Source of the DNA: Callorhinchus milii
Taxonomy: Eukaryota
Direction of reading: 5' to 3'
Assembly (NCBI RefSeq): GCF_018977255.1
Contig: NW_024704742.1
Location: forward strand, 121,708,001 to 121,772,000
DNA: 64,000 nt
The notes beneath the pieces are model-generated. The model worked only from the letters and a program-made list of their open reading frames with translations. It had not been told where the DNA came from and made no database searches. Position 1 is the stretch's first letter. The number at the start of each line of letters is the position of its first letter. This document shows, in pieces, positions 26,161 through 37,150 of the stretch. A program made the position numbers and the translations under genes.

Positions 26161-28681
26161 GTTACAGTTTAGTGACAAAAATATCACGGATCACCCAAAA
26201 AATGCTTTGATTTGATTCTCCATTTTTAAAATTGTATCTCCCATTTTAGGCTCTTATGCACATACCATTCTGAAGTCAGAAAGGCAAATTAATAGCTACT
26301 TGGAAACACATTCTAATTTTTTTGCCTGAAACTACCACCTCCAGTGGTGTCAGGAGCTGGGATCCAGTACAATTCACTGAATTCAAACTTTTCCTATATA
26401 TTTTGTTGTTTCTTTGCTGTTGGTGGGACATTTCTGTGCACAATTGGGCTGCTGGGTTTGCCTACAAATACACTGTCACTTTATTTCATAGTAAATTCTA
26501 TGAAACACTTTGGGACATTCTCCTGACGTGAAAGGTATTATACGAAAAGCAAGGATTATTTTTTATTATTAATGCAGTGCGCTCCCAGCACCCCACTGAA
26601 ATGTTAGCCTGGACAATCAGCTCAAGTCTTGACATGGGGCTTCAACCCACAACCTTTGGTGACCCTGAGACAAGAGTGCTACTCACTGAGCCAAGCTCAT
26701 GCAAACATAAACAGTTTTGCTATTTTAACACGTTTATTAGAGCCTGGCGTAGTTTCCTGGATTTCTCCTTGAGCTACATTTACTGCTCTTTTTATTCAGG
26801 GGAATTTTTAGCCTGGAGAAGCTATCCAACAGCAGGGAACATTTTTGGACTGCTGTGAGTGACTTATTTCTGAAGGACAAATATAGTAATTGGGACAGGT
26901 TAAAGAAGCCAAATGAGGTTATCTCATTTTTGCACCATAGATTGAACTTTATGCCTTTGTGGCCCATTTGTTCAGGTATGGTTAGAGTCCAATTCTTGGT
27001 GGGGGAAGTTGCAACACAGCTATTATTACAAGGCAGACCAGCCTGTATTTATCCATTCCTCTGAGACAACTGCACACATTTTGCTAGTTGTGCTAGCCAT
27101 AAACCTAAGTAGAGTAATGCTTTCTGTTCCATTTGATATAACGCATTATCACATCATCAAAACATCCCAAAGTGCTTCATAGGATTTACTGTAAAGTAAG
27201 TTGATTATATATTTTGTGGGAAATATGGCAGCTACGTTGCACAAAGTGATGTCCCACAAACAGCCATATGAGGAACCAATTTTATTTGGTGGATTTGGGC
27301 CAGGACACTAGTCTGCTTTCCTGCTGCAAAGTTCTATGTGATTCGCCCACAAAATATAGTCAATTCACTTCACTGTATATTCTGTGAAGCACTTCGAGAC
27401 ATCTTGCAGATGTGATAAGGCGCTATATCAAAATGCAAGGATTATTATTATTAATTTTATAAGGCATAAAAAAATGTTCAACACAGATTTGAACTCAGAG
27501 GAGGGAATGTAAATGGATAGTTCAGATAGAAATACTTTACCACAAAAAGTGGCCAATATGTGGACGAGATTACCCAGAAAAGTGATGGAGGTAGATTGTG
27601 TCTGCAAACAGCCAAATTTGAAATTATATCTATTTGGCAAGGAAATCAATTGAGAAGGTTTATATGACAATGTCGATTTTTATAACCTTTTCTCTTTTCC
27701 AGTAGTGCATGATCCTAAGTTGCTATCTTCCTTTACAAAGTTCCTGAAATATGCCTTAGCCCAGTTACAAGAATAATGATAATATAATCCAATAATAATA
27801 ATCGTTGCATTTGATATAGCGCCATATCACGTCATTGAGACGTCTCAAAGCGCTTCACAGAATATATTGTAAAGTGGATTTACTATGTATTTTGTGGGCG
27901 AAACGTGGCGGCCAATGGCGCACAGCAATGTCCGACTGATGACTTTGATATACCTATTATATTGCTTGAGTGACTGCTTAAGAAGATATTTGTTTTTGTC
28001 ATTTCATTCCGCTTCATTATTTTTGGCAGATTCAGAAACATATTATCAGACATGTTTAATCATTCATAACGTTGGGTCTGGCAATCCTGGGTTAGCAAAA
28101 CAGCTTCAGGGCTTCATGTGCGGTTCATTAAACATAAAAGAAGCTTCATTTTAGTTGTGCTTTGTGCCATGATGAAATGCTTTTTGGGGTTATAGAATGG
28201 ATCTGTTTAAAGTTTTGTTTCTAATTAAACTAAAGAGGATTGTACCGTTTAAAGAGTGTTACGTTTTTGTGATAGCATAAAGCATACACTCACTACATGA
28301 AGTCACAGTGTAGGGCAGTCAGTAGCTTCTGGCATCTTTTTAGAGTTTATGTAAATTGTTGACACTCAAGAAAGGACAGGGCCCGGAGGCTTATATACTA
28401 CTCTTTCATCTCTGGGACCTAATTTCAGTGCCAGCCCAGACTGATGAAGTAAAAGGCTGCTCTCTTTGACAGCTGTGAGAATCCTATGTGATGATAATCT
28501 TCAGAGTCTCATATTTTTGTGGCTGAGCAAGAAGAGCTTTATTCTATATTTGGTTGTTGGGATCCTGCTTGGGGAGTTGGTGGGTGGTGGGGGGGTAAGT
28601 GAGGTCTCCTTGAACTGCGCTGGCTCCAAGGTGACGTCCTTGGCAACAGAATCTCAGAATCGAGACAATTCTTTGTGACGG

Positions 28682-28981
28682 TCTCAGTTGTCTGATCCTG
28701 AGCCTGGTAGGTCTGCAGTACTCCAGGGCACTGCTGATGAAAGACCTTTTCAGCACACAGGCAGACCAGTTTATTGCATCTGTGTATTTGTTACTTTTGT
28801 TTTTTACAGTTGCTTTTTTTTTGCCAGCCTGGTGTCTGGTACATGCAGAACCCCATCACCGTGCTTCAGAGCATACAAACCAGATTGTGAGTTCAGTGAG
28901 AGCAGTGCTCTGGAGTGTTGTGGGCCTGTCTGTCTCAGGAACCAGACCATTGAGGGCACAGCTGATGACAGAACTGTCAGC
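28682..28981 (+). other. Candidate cis-acting structured RNA element: long stem (28682-28735 with 28901-28955) enclosing a candidate exon, plus two related hairpin motifs
   Basis: 50 of 54 left-arm bases pair, 30 of them uninterrupted, with 10 G-U pairs on the + strand (hand alignment). Confidence 0.7.
28810..28886 (+). other. Candidate internal or cassette exon, 77 nt (59 nt from the second acceptor at 28828)
   Basis: TTACTTTTGTTTTTTACAG acceptor, second T9-GCCAG acceptor 18 nt downstream, GTGAGT donor at 28887; no stop codon in any frame. Confidence 0.55.
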
Positions 28982-29074
28982 TTGACTCATTAGCAGGATG
29001 AGGAAGGGCAGATTAGTCACAGAGCAGAGATTCTTCCCACTCAGCTCCTATTAACTCTTCAAGCCTAATAATAG

Positions 29075-29262
29075 CAATAATAATAATCCTTGCATTTGAT
29101 ATAGTGCCTCATCACATCTTTGAGATGTCTCAAAGCACTTCACAGAATATACTGTAAAGTGAATTGACTGTATTTTGTTGTGTGGGCGAAACGCGACAGC
29201 CAATTGTGCACAGCAATGTTCCACAAACAGTCGTGGGTTGAAGTGACCAATTTATTATTATT
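29075..29262 (-). mobile_element. SINE 3' half
   Basis: Shared SINE tail in reverse orientation. Confidence 0.9.
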
Positions 29263-30409
29263 GTTGTTTTGTGTAGGACAAGCAGTGGAAACGTCACCAG
29301 TCAGTGCTTTCAAAGGCATGCTTTGTGGTTTCACCAGGTTAAACATCAGTAGTAGCCCAGTGGACACTTTGGAGTCCCCAAGCTCTGGCAAGATTGCTGC
29401 TGTATTCTTTGGGTTCATTCTAGAGCTTCCTATCTTTAGCCTCTCGCTGTACAGAATATGGTCTATGAGGAAATTGGGAACCTTCCTTAATTCTCCATTG
29501 AGTTCTCTTATGGTGAGAAGATAAAAAGTGAGTTAAAAATTCTGGGGGATTGTTGACCAGGATACAAGAAAAATTCCCTTCTCTTTTTGAATACAATCAC
29601 GGGGTCTATTTTCCTAACATAGAGATGGAGTCTTGGTTTATGTTTGAGTTTCACAAAAGCAAACTAACTTTTCAATTGTATTGATATGCACACAACTATT
29701 TGCTACTTCTCCTTATAATAAAAATAATCCTTGCATTGGATATAGCGTCTCATCACATCTTCGAGACATCTCAAAGTGCATCACAGAATATGCTGTGAAT
29801 TGACTGTATATTTTGTGGACAAAATACAACAGTCAATTGGGTACAGCAGTGTCCCATGGGCCGTCATGGATTGAATGACCAAACAGTTATTATTTTAAAA
29901 AATCTTGAAGGAATTGTGTAAGTTTAAGGTCAGTTGTGATTTAACCTTATGATTCAGAGGCTGATATCCTCAAAATAATGCTAGAATATAGAACTTCAAC
30001 ACATCTGAGTACACACAACTATTTATTTTAAAATGAATTGATTTGTTTTGCTTTTGAATTGTAAAGAATGGGTAAAATAGACACCTCCTGTGATTTGAGG
30101 CTTTTGTTGGATTTATATAATTGACGTGAAAACTTTAAATTTATCATGGGGTATCATTTCCATATTTGTTATTTTTAACATTTGAAATAGTGAGAATGCT
30201 TTCTTTTGGAACGCAGTGATACTTTTGAAGTTCAGGTATAATTGTGAAAGAAAATTCAACAGCAAATTGTCTGCTCTGCTTACCCCAAAATACACAGGCA
30301 CTGGCAATTCCCTGTGAGGCGATTTTAGATGTTTGAACATGAAAGGTGCTATATCAAATGTAAGGATTATTATTATTTCGTAAGAATAAGGCACACACTG
30401 GGAATATCA

Positions 30410-30800
30410 GAGGCAGCTAGAATTATTGATTGGACAAGCATGGGCTCCTTAGTCTTGAAAGAAGATGTGTCAGAGGGGAACCCTAGAGAAGTGTATATGA
30501 TTTTAAATGAGATCAAAAAAGTAAATTCAGAACCATACTTAAGGATGCGCCAAGACAGTAGAACAAAAGGACATAGATTTGGAGTTGAAAATCCAACTTC
30601 AGGACAGATACTAGAAAGTTTTACTTTACACAGAGGCTAATTATTGACTGGAACAGGTAACCGGGAAGGGTGGCCACTTTGAAAACACTGGCCACCTTGA
30701 AAAAACAGCTTGATGCTGTGATGGGAGGATGGATCTTCCAGAAAGATGAGACTAGTTGGACCAAAGGGCCATCTTCATCCAAACCGATCTTGTGATCTTG
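30410..30800 (+). mobile_element. Degraded CR1 3' fragment
   Basis: RTKGHRF and FTQR-like motifs, CTTGTGATCTTG end. Confidence 0.7.
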
Positions 30801-31201
30801 GAATATCTTCTCATTGTTGTCTGAGAGACGGGACTACAGAAGATAGAGAGGAGACCACTTCTCTCAGAATGGATCAGCAAATGCTTAGTATAGTAACTTA
30901 CCATACACCTGGCCAACAATCCTGATAGGCTCCTCTAAAGCTCTTGCTGACAGAGTTCAGCAGTTACTACACCCTGGCCAGGAAATGTAGATGTGCCAGC
31001 ATTTCCTGGGATGTGATTGGTGTTTAAACTGTTATCAGTACTGTGTTATTGTGGATCTATCCAACAGGTCATGACTGTGTTACGTTAAGAGACCATCTGC
31101 TTCCATAAAATCTAATATCTAAATTGCGAAGTCCAGGATCAAGCAGTGAGGTGGATTTGTGGCAAACACGGGAAGTGACTGCAGGGAGAGAGCGCTCTGC
31201 C

Positions 31202-31392
31202 TGTTAACCCTTCATGCCAAAGCCCTTACGGGTAGGGTGGTCCTAGCTGGACAAGCAACAGTAACGCTTGCCAAGCAGTGCTCTCAATGGCAAGCAGTGC
31301 AGTTTTAGCTGGGTAGACTCCCCAACACACACTCGGTCTGGGAACCCAAGCTTTAGCTCTTGCCACCTGAGCCTAATACGTTCCGGAATTAA
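31202..31392 (+). repeat. Unclassified ~190-bp dispersed repeat (other copies about 29275-29392, 44941-45058, 46505-46650, 49381-49570)
   Basis: Shared GGGTAGGGTGGTCCTAGCTGGACAAGCA...GTTTTAGCTGG.TAGACT...CCCAAGC.TT.GCTCTTGCCA. Confidence 0.8.
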
Positions 31393-31616
31393 CTGGGGAC
31401 ATTTTCAATGATAGATAAAGCTGATGGAATTAGTGCCAAAGCAGCTATCTATGTTGAAAACTTATGTGACAATAATGGTATTCAAAATAACAAATCATAA
31501 GGTGACTGAGAATGGCTGAGAAACTATCTAGTGGACTATTTTGGCTGGTGAAGTTCAGAAAGGGCTTATTCTGGGAATCCTGCCTTTTTCCGGGATTCAT
31601 AAATAATGGGGTGTAA

Positions 31617-31917
31617 AATAATAATAATCCTTGCATTTGATATGATAATAATATAATAATCCTTGCATTTGATATAGCGCTTTTTCTAGACATCTCAAAG
31701 CGCTTCACTGAATAGACTGTAAATTGACTATGAATTGACACAGCAGTGTCCCACAAACAGTCTTGGATTGAAGTGACCAATTTTATTATTTTTTTTAAGG
31801 ATTATTATAAGGCATGTGGAGTAAGGAAACTTACCCAAGGTTTCGCCCCCCCGGGAATCAAACCAGGGTCTCTCGCTTGTGAGGCGAGTGCTCTAACCAC
31901 TGAGCTACAGGACTCCT
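31617..31917 (-). mobile_element. tRNA-headed SINE, short form
   Basis: Complete head (anticodon loop CTCACAA) to duplicated tail. Confidence 0.9.
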
Positions 31918-33537
31918 AGCTCCTTATCACGTTGTTGAGACATCTCAAAGTGTTTCACAGGATATACTACAAAGTGGTCTGGCTGTGTATTTTTTAGGTT
32001 AATAATAACAAAATAATATGCCCTATATTTGATATTGCACCTATATAATGATGTAATGATGGCCGGTCTCAAGATCTTTCTCTTTGACCGTGCCTTCAGC
32101 TCCCCTCTCGACTCTCTACTCCCTCCTCGCTCCCTCCCTTTCCTCCCCTCACCCTGACCATTTCCCCCCTGCTCGGGTCCTGACCCAACTGTCCAGCGCC
32201 TTGGGGTCCTCCTGACTTGAAATCTTGTTGTGTTGTTGTTGTAATGTCTCAAAACACTTAATAGGGAAGTGCTTTCAAGTGCTTGTGAATGTATTTGTAG
32301 GCTTGAGCTAATATCTTTATCCTTACTTAAATACTTATCACCATTAAAAGGATTAGAGGAGATTCTGTAATTGTTTTAATTGGTTCATTGTATATGTGTT
32401 TGAACTTGATATATCCAGGGGGTATTAGCCAAACTCAAACCACATTTTAGGAACCAAGAAGGAGGACACTTAAAATATTTTAACAATTGCTAATCATGCC
32501 AACTTATGTGGACAAGTCAGTTGAGCAGATACCTCTAATAATACTGTATTTAAAAATGATCTGACAAATTAAATCCATGGGATACTTTTTTGTTATAAGC
32601 TTGCATATTTAGGTTAGCCATATTTTCAAAATGCAGAATAATACCATAATAATCTTTGCATCTGATAAAGCATCCATAACATTGAAACGTGTCAAGATGT
32701 TTCACAGGCAATTGCTCTAGCAATTGTATTTTGTAGGCAAACATGGCAGCTCACAAGCAGCCATGAAGTGAATGATCAATTTTCTCTCAGGGATTCTGAA
32801 ACCAAAACGAAGTTGCTGGGAACACTCAGCAGGTCGGGCAGCATCTATGGAGAAAGGAAAGTGAGTCAACGATTTGGGTCCAGAGCGGGAAGGCAGAAAT
32901 TGCAACAAAAGAGACAGTCAAAGAGAGAAAAGGTGTGTCTGGGACCCAGATGATGTGGTAAATGGTCACAGAAGGCGGGGAGGGGGAAGATGAGCTGTTA
33001 CGGTCTGAAATTATTTAAATGAATATTGAGGCCAGAGGGCTGTAAGGTTCCTAGCAGATAAATGAGGTGCTGCTCCTTGAACTTGCGCTGTGGAAAGTGC
33101 TAGTGATTTACGTGTACTACCACCAATATAGTTTACTGCATTCGCTGCTCATGATGTGGTCTCCTCTACAATGGGCAGACGAAACGCAGATTGGGTGACC
33201 GATTTGCCGAACATCTCCGTTCTGTTCCTGAGCTTCCAGTTTCTTGCCACTTCAACTCTCAATCCCACTCATACTCTGACCTCTCCATCCACGGTCTCCT
33301 ATGCTGTTCCAATGAGCCACAGCGCAAGCGGAGCAGCACCTCAATTATCTGTCAGGGACCTTACAATCCTCTGGCCTCAATATTCATTTCAATAATTTCA
33401 GACCATAACAGCTCACCTTCCCCTCCCCTTCTTCTGTGACCATTACCACATCATCTGGGTCCCAGACACATCTTTTCTCTCTCTGGTCTGCCTATTGCGT
33501 TGCAATTTTCCCCCTTTTGTTTTGCAGTATGAACACC

Positions 33538-33805
33538 TCCAGGCAGGGCGAAACCTTGGGCAAGTTTCCTTACTCCACACACCTAATAATAATCCCTCCA
33601 AAAAACAAAACAATAATGAAATGGTCATTTTCAATCTACGACTGTTTGTGGCACATTGCTGTGCGCAATTGGCTGCCGCGTTCGCCCATAAATATACAGT
33701 CAATTCACTTTACAGTGTGTTCTGTGAAGCGCTTTGGGACGTCCTCCCGACGTGAAAAACCTATATCAAATGCAAGGATTATCATTAAGGATTATCATTA
33801 TCATT
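33538..33805 (+). mobile_element. SINE, short form, 5'-truncated, inserted in the Penelope element
   Basis: Body and tail match 15515-15837. Confidence 0.95.
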
Positions 33806-33970
33806 ACCTCGATTCCCCTGCTTTGTTGCAAACCCCTCTTTGTTTTCTATCATTAACACATCTTTAACCCATCATCCCCTGTCCTCTGCCACATTTCTCC
33901 TTTGTCTTTCTTGTCCTGCCTCCCCCCATCTCTGTTAGCCCTTAAAAGTCTCTCCCTCCCAACATGCCCC

Positions 33971-34007
33971 AGTTCTGACAAAGGGTCGTGGACCCGAAAC
34001 ATTGACT
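33971..34007 (+). ncRNA. Degenerate minimal type I hammerhead ribozyme motif in the Penelope 3' region
   Basis: AGTT-CTGACAA-A-GGGTC gtg GACCC-GAAAC-ATT-GACT; two core substitutions relative to CUGAnGA and GAAACGUH. Confidence 0.55.
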
Positions 34008-35664
34008 CACTTTCCTTTCTCCATAGATGCTGCCTGACCTGCTGAGTGTTCCCAGGGACTTCTGTTTTTGTTTCAGATTTTCAGCATTTGCAGTATTTTT
34101 GCTTTTTCTCTGAGGGATTGTTGGCCAGGTCACTCGGGCATCTTTATCTTTAATTTTCTCAAAGACCATACAGATGGAACCTTAGTTTAAAGTTTAATCT
34201 GAATGTCCTGTTTCTGTGGGATATCACTATTTATAGTTGAGTGTAAATCTGCTTTGCTACATTGAGAATGTATTGCTTGAAGTGGGTAAGAATTTATGCA
34301 TTGTTAATCACTTTAGTCATGTTGCAAGCACATATATTAAATCGTAATCCATGCATTTGATATAGAGCCTTATTATGTTGGTGAAATGTCTCCAAGCATT
34401 TCATGGGATTGATTATGAAACGTTGTGACTGTGTATTTGTTGGTGAAACGCTTACTTGTTTTATTCCTATCAACGGGTACACCTATTTAATAGGGAGAAG
34501 TGCTACAGAATATACTCACAGAAATGGTAGGAAGACTAGGACAAGCATCCCCTCTGGCTCCTGCCTGGCTCCATCTTTAGATGTGCTTGCTTGCTCTCTG
34601 CACAGTATGACTGTATGTGACAAAAACAAATAAATATCTCTACATTTATGTAGTAAATGATAGATATTTAATTTTGATTTAAGAACGCTAAATCACCATA
34701 TCAAATTTCTATTCAGAGCAAAATATTAGGCTTGCTCGACTCGGGAAAGATTAGCTGGAGAGTTAAGCAAATATGTTGTTGAACTTTCAAAGGAGGATGG
34801 CACATGATGTGTAGTTTCTACTGATGACGATTTGGGCTGAACTCATCAGGGAGCATGTCATGTGGATTCCCTTGTGCATTATGTGAGGCTCCAGGGAAGA
34901 TGCCACATGAACCTACATGTGTTCTTTCAGTTGATACTGCTTATAATCAGTGACACTCAACTCACTGTTTGATTTTTTTTATTCATAATTGTAATGTGAC
35001 TTTTTTATACGGTTGCTGAAATTGCTGAGGAGTGATCTTTAATTTGTTTGGTAATGTTGAGTATTTAACCAGGAATTTCTGGCGAAAGCTTTTACATAGT
35101 AACAGTTATTAGACGGGTAGACCTTTGTCCATCAATTCTGCCTGTCTTTTTTTCTTTAACCCTTCACACTTTAGTACTGAGTCAAAAAGTCACTGTCTTG
35201 AAATTATTTGGTTTTATATATTGTAAGCATTGATACGAAACAACACCATACATTTCATTAAAATGTTGGTGCAATAGGAAGAGAAAGAACAAGAATAAAT
35301 ATAACAATAATCCTTGCATTTAATATAGCACCTTTCACATTGGAGGACGTCTCAAAGTGCTTTGCAGGATTTACTGTGAAATGTACTGACTATATTTTGT
35401 AGACAAACAATGCAGTCAGTCACTTTGCATACAGCTATGTCCCATAAACAAGCATAAAATGAATAAATATAATTATAAATAACAGTAATTGCAGTGAAAA
35501 ACAATATTAGAGCTTAGAGGTCAATTATATTTTTCAGTATTTTTAAGGAGTTTTTGTTGGATTACCATAAGGTTTTGTATTTATTTACTAATTTCTGCGG
35601 AGGATTGTTGCCCAAGACATTGGGAGAAAAGTCCATTTAGCTTTGAATAGTTACATGTCAGCTT

Positions 35665-35850
35665 AACTTGGTAAAACTCGCCTTTGAATCAGAAGATTGT
35701 GGGTTCAAGCCCAAATCCAGGACTTTGAGTTTATTATCTAGGACTGATATTTCAGTGAAATACTGGGGGGGTGCTACACTGCTGGAGTGCCGTCTTTCGG
35801 ATGTAATCCTGTGATCCTATTAGACATTGACTGAGGTTCCTGTCCGTTCA
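35665..35850 (+). mobile_element. SacSINE1-like DeuSINE 5' half
   Basis: TGAATCAGAAG.TTGTGGGTTCAAGCCC and GTGCCGTCTTTCGGATG. Confidence 0.75.
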
Positions 35851-35852
35851 AG

Positions 35853-36319
35853 TAATAATACTAATATTAATCCTTACATTTGATATAACGCCTTTCACTT
35901 TGTCATGATGTCTCAAAGCACTTAATAATAATAATAATCCTTGCATTTGATATAGCACCCTTCACTTTGTCAAGATGTCTCAAAGCACTTCACAAAATAT
36001 AATAATAACAATACTAATCCTTGCATTTGATATAGCGCTTTTCACGTCGGGAGGACGTCCCAAAGCGCTTCACAGAATACACTGTAAAGTGAATTAACTG
36101 TATATTTGTGGGTGAACGCGGCAGCCAATTGCGCACAGCAGTGTCCCACAAACAGTCGTAGTTTGAAAATGACCAATTTATTATTGTTTTGTTTTTTGGA
36201 GGGATTATTATTAGGCGTGTGGAGTAAGGAAACTTGCCCAAGGTTTCGTCCTGCCTGGAATTGAACTCAGGTCTCTCGCTTGCAAAGCGAGTGCTCTAAC
36301 CACTGAGCTACAGGACTCC
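35853..36319 (-). mobile_element. Full short-form SINE (about 36005-36319) next to two stacked SINE tails
   Basis: Three tandem AATCCTT(A/G)CATTTGATATA tails. Confidence 0.9.
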
Positions 36320-36835
36320 ACTTTAAAGTGGATTGACTGTGTATTTTGTGAGTGAAACACAGCAGCCAGTTGTGTACAGCAATATCTCACAAACAGCATA
36401 AATTCCTTTCTCTTTTTGAATAGTACCATAGGATCTTTAACATAGACATTAAAGAACCCGGAAATTATTAGGGAAGAGAAGTGAGTTTGAGCTGTTTCCA
36501 AAAAATAACCAACTCATCAAATGCTGAGGCATTACAAGTCCACCAGATAATCTTGAATTAAATGTTTCCACTTAATCAGCAGAGAATTTGGACACTCTCA
36601 ACTCTTCCCATCCTCCATGGCTGCTGTGGGGTTGGAATATGAATGTATTCTCTCCTGTTGAACTTTGAAGATATATCACCTATTGGCTACTGGAAGCTAT
36701 GTTGTGTGAAGGCTGTTATATGAATGTTGTTGTTGTGTCACCCATCATCTATTTGAAGCTTGTATGAGGGAAAAGGGAATTGGAGGGATAGGGGCTCATG
36801 TAGAGTACCAACTCTATCACAAACTAGTTGGAATG

Positions 36836-37150
36836 AATAATAATAATAATCTTTGTATTTGGTATAACACCTTGAATTTGATATAACGCCTTATCACATT
36901 ATTAAAATGTCTCAAAACCCATTTTGTAGGCAAAACGCGATGGCCAAATGCGCACAGCAAACAGTTGTGGATTGAGTGACCAAATTATTATTATTATTAC
37001 TTTTTTAATCAGAGATTATTATCCCCAGAAAGCGATCCGCCAATCGGCTAACAACCGGGTTCCTACTAGGTAAACAGAGGCTTGTGGAGTAAACTTGCCT
37101 AAGGTTTCGCCCCGCCTGGGAATCGAACCTAGGTTTTAACCAATGTGTTA
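36836..37150 (-). mobile_element. tRNA-headed SINE, long form
   Basis: Contains the central GCCGATTGGCGGATCGCTTT segment. Confidence 0.85.

Larger units (their letters stand above)
32796..34103 (+). mobile_element. Penelope-like element: GIY-YIG endonuclease 3' region preceded by an inverted copy of its own 3' end
   Basis: About 33105-33400 encodes NIVYCIRCS*CGLLYNGQTKRRLGDRFAEHLRSV...HFN; 32796-33092 is the reverse complement of parts of 33315-34080; 16-bp TSD. Confidence 0.9.

Noticed and set aside
28030..28091. Possible exon after the acceptor TTTTTGGCAG
   Set aside because: Only a weak donor follows and the peptide is unrecognised
28488..28525. GTGATGA...CTGA as a C/D snoRNA
   Set aside because: Boxes span under 40 nt and there is no convincing terminal stem
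28734..28981. CTGATGA motifs as hammerhead ribozyme cores or a canonical box C/D snoRNA
   Set aside because: No stem II followed by GAAA and NUH; no CTGA D box placed next to the terminal stem (GTGA at 28896 is non-canonical)
30978..31009. 10-bp inverted repeat CCAGGAAATG/CATTTCCTGG
   Set aside because: Short and isolated, with no further structure or context
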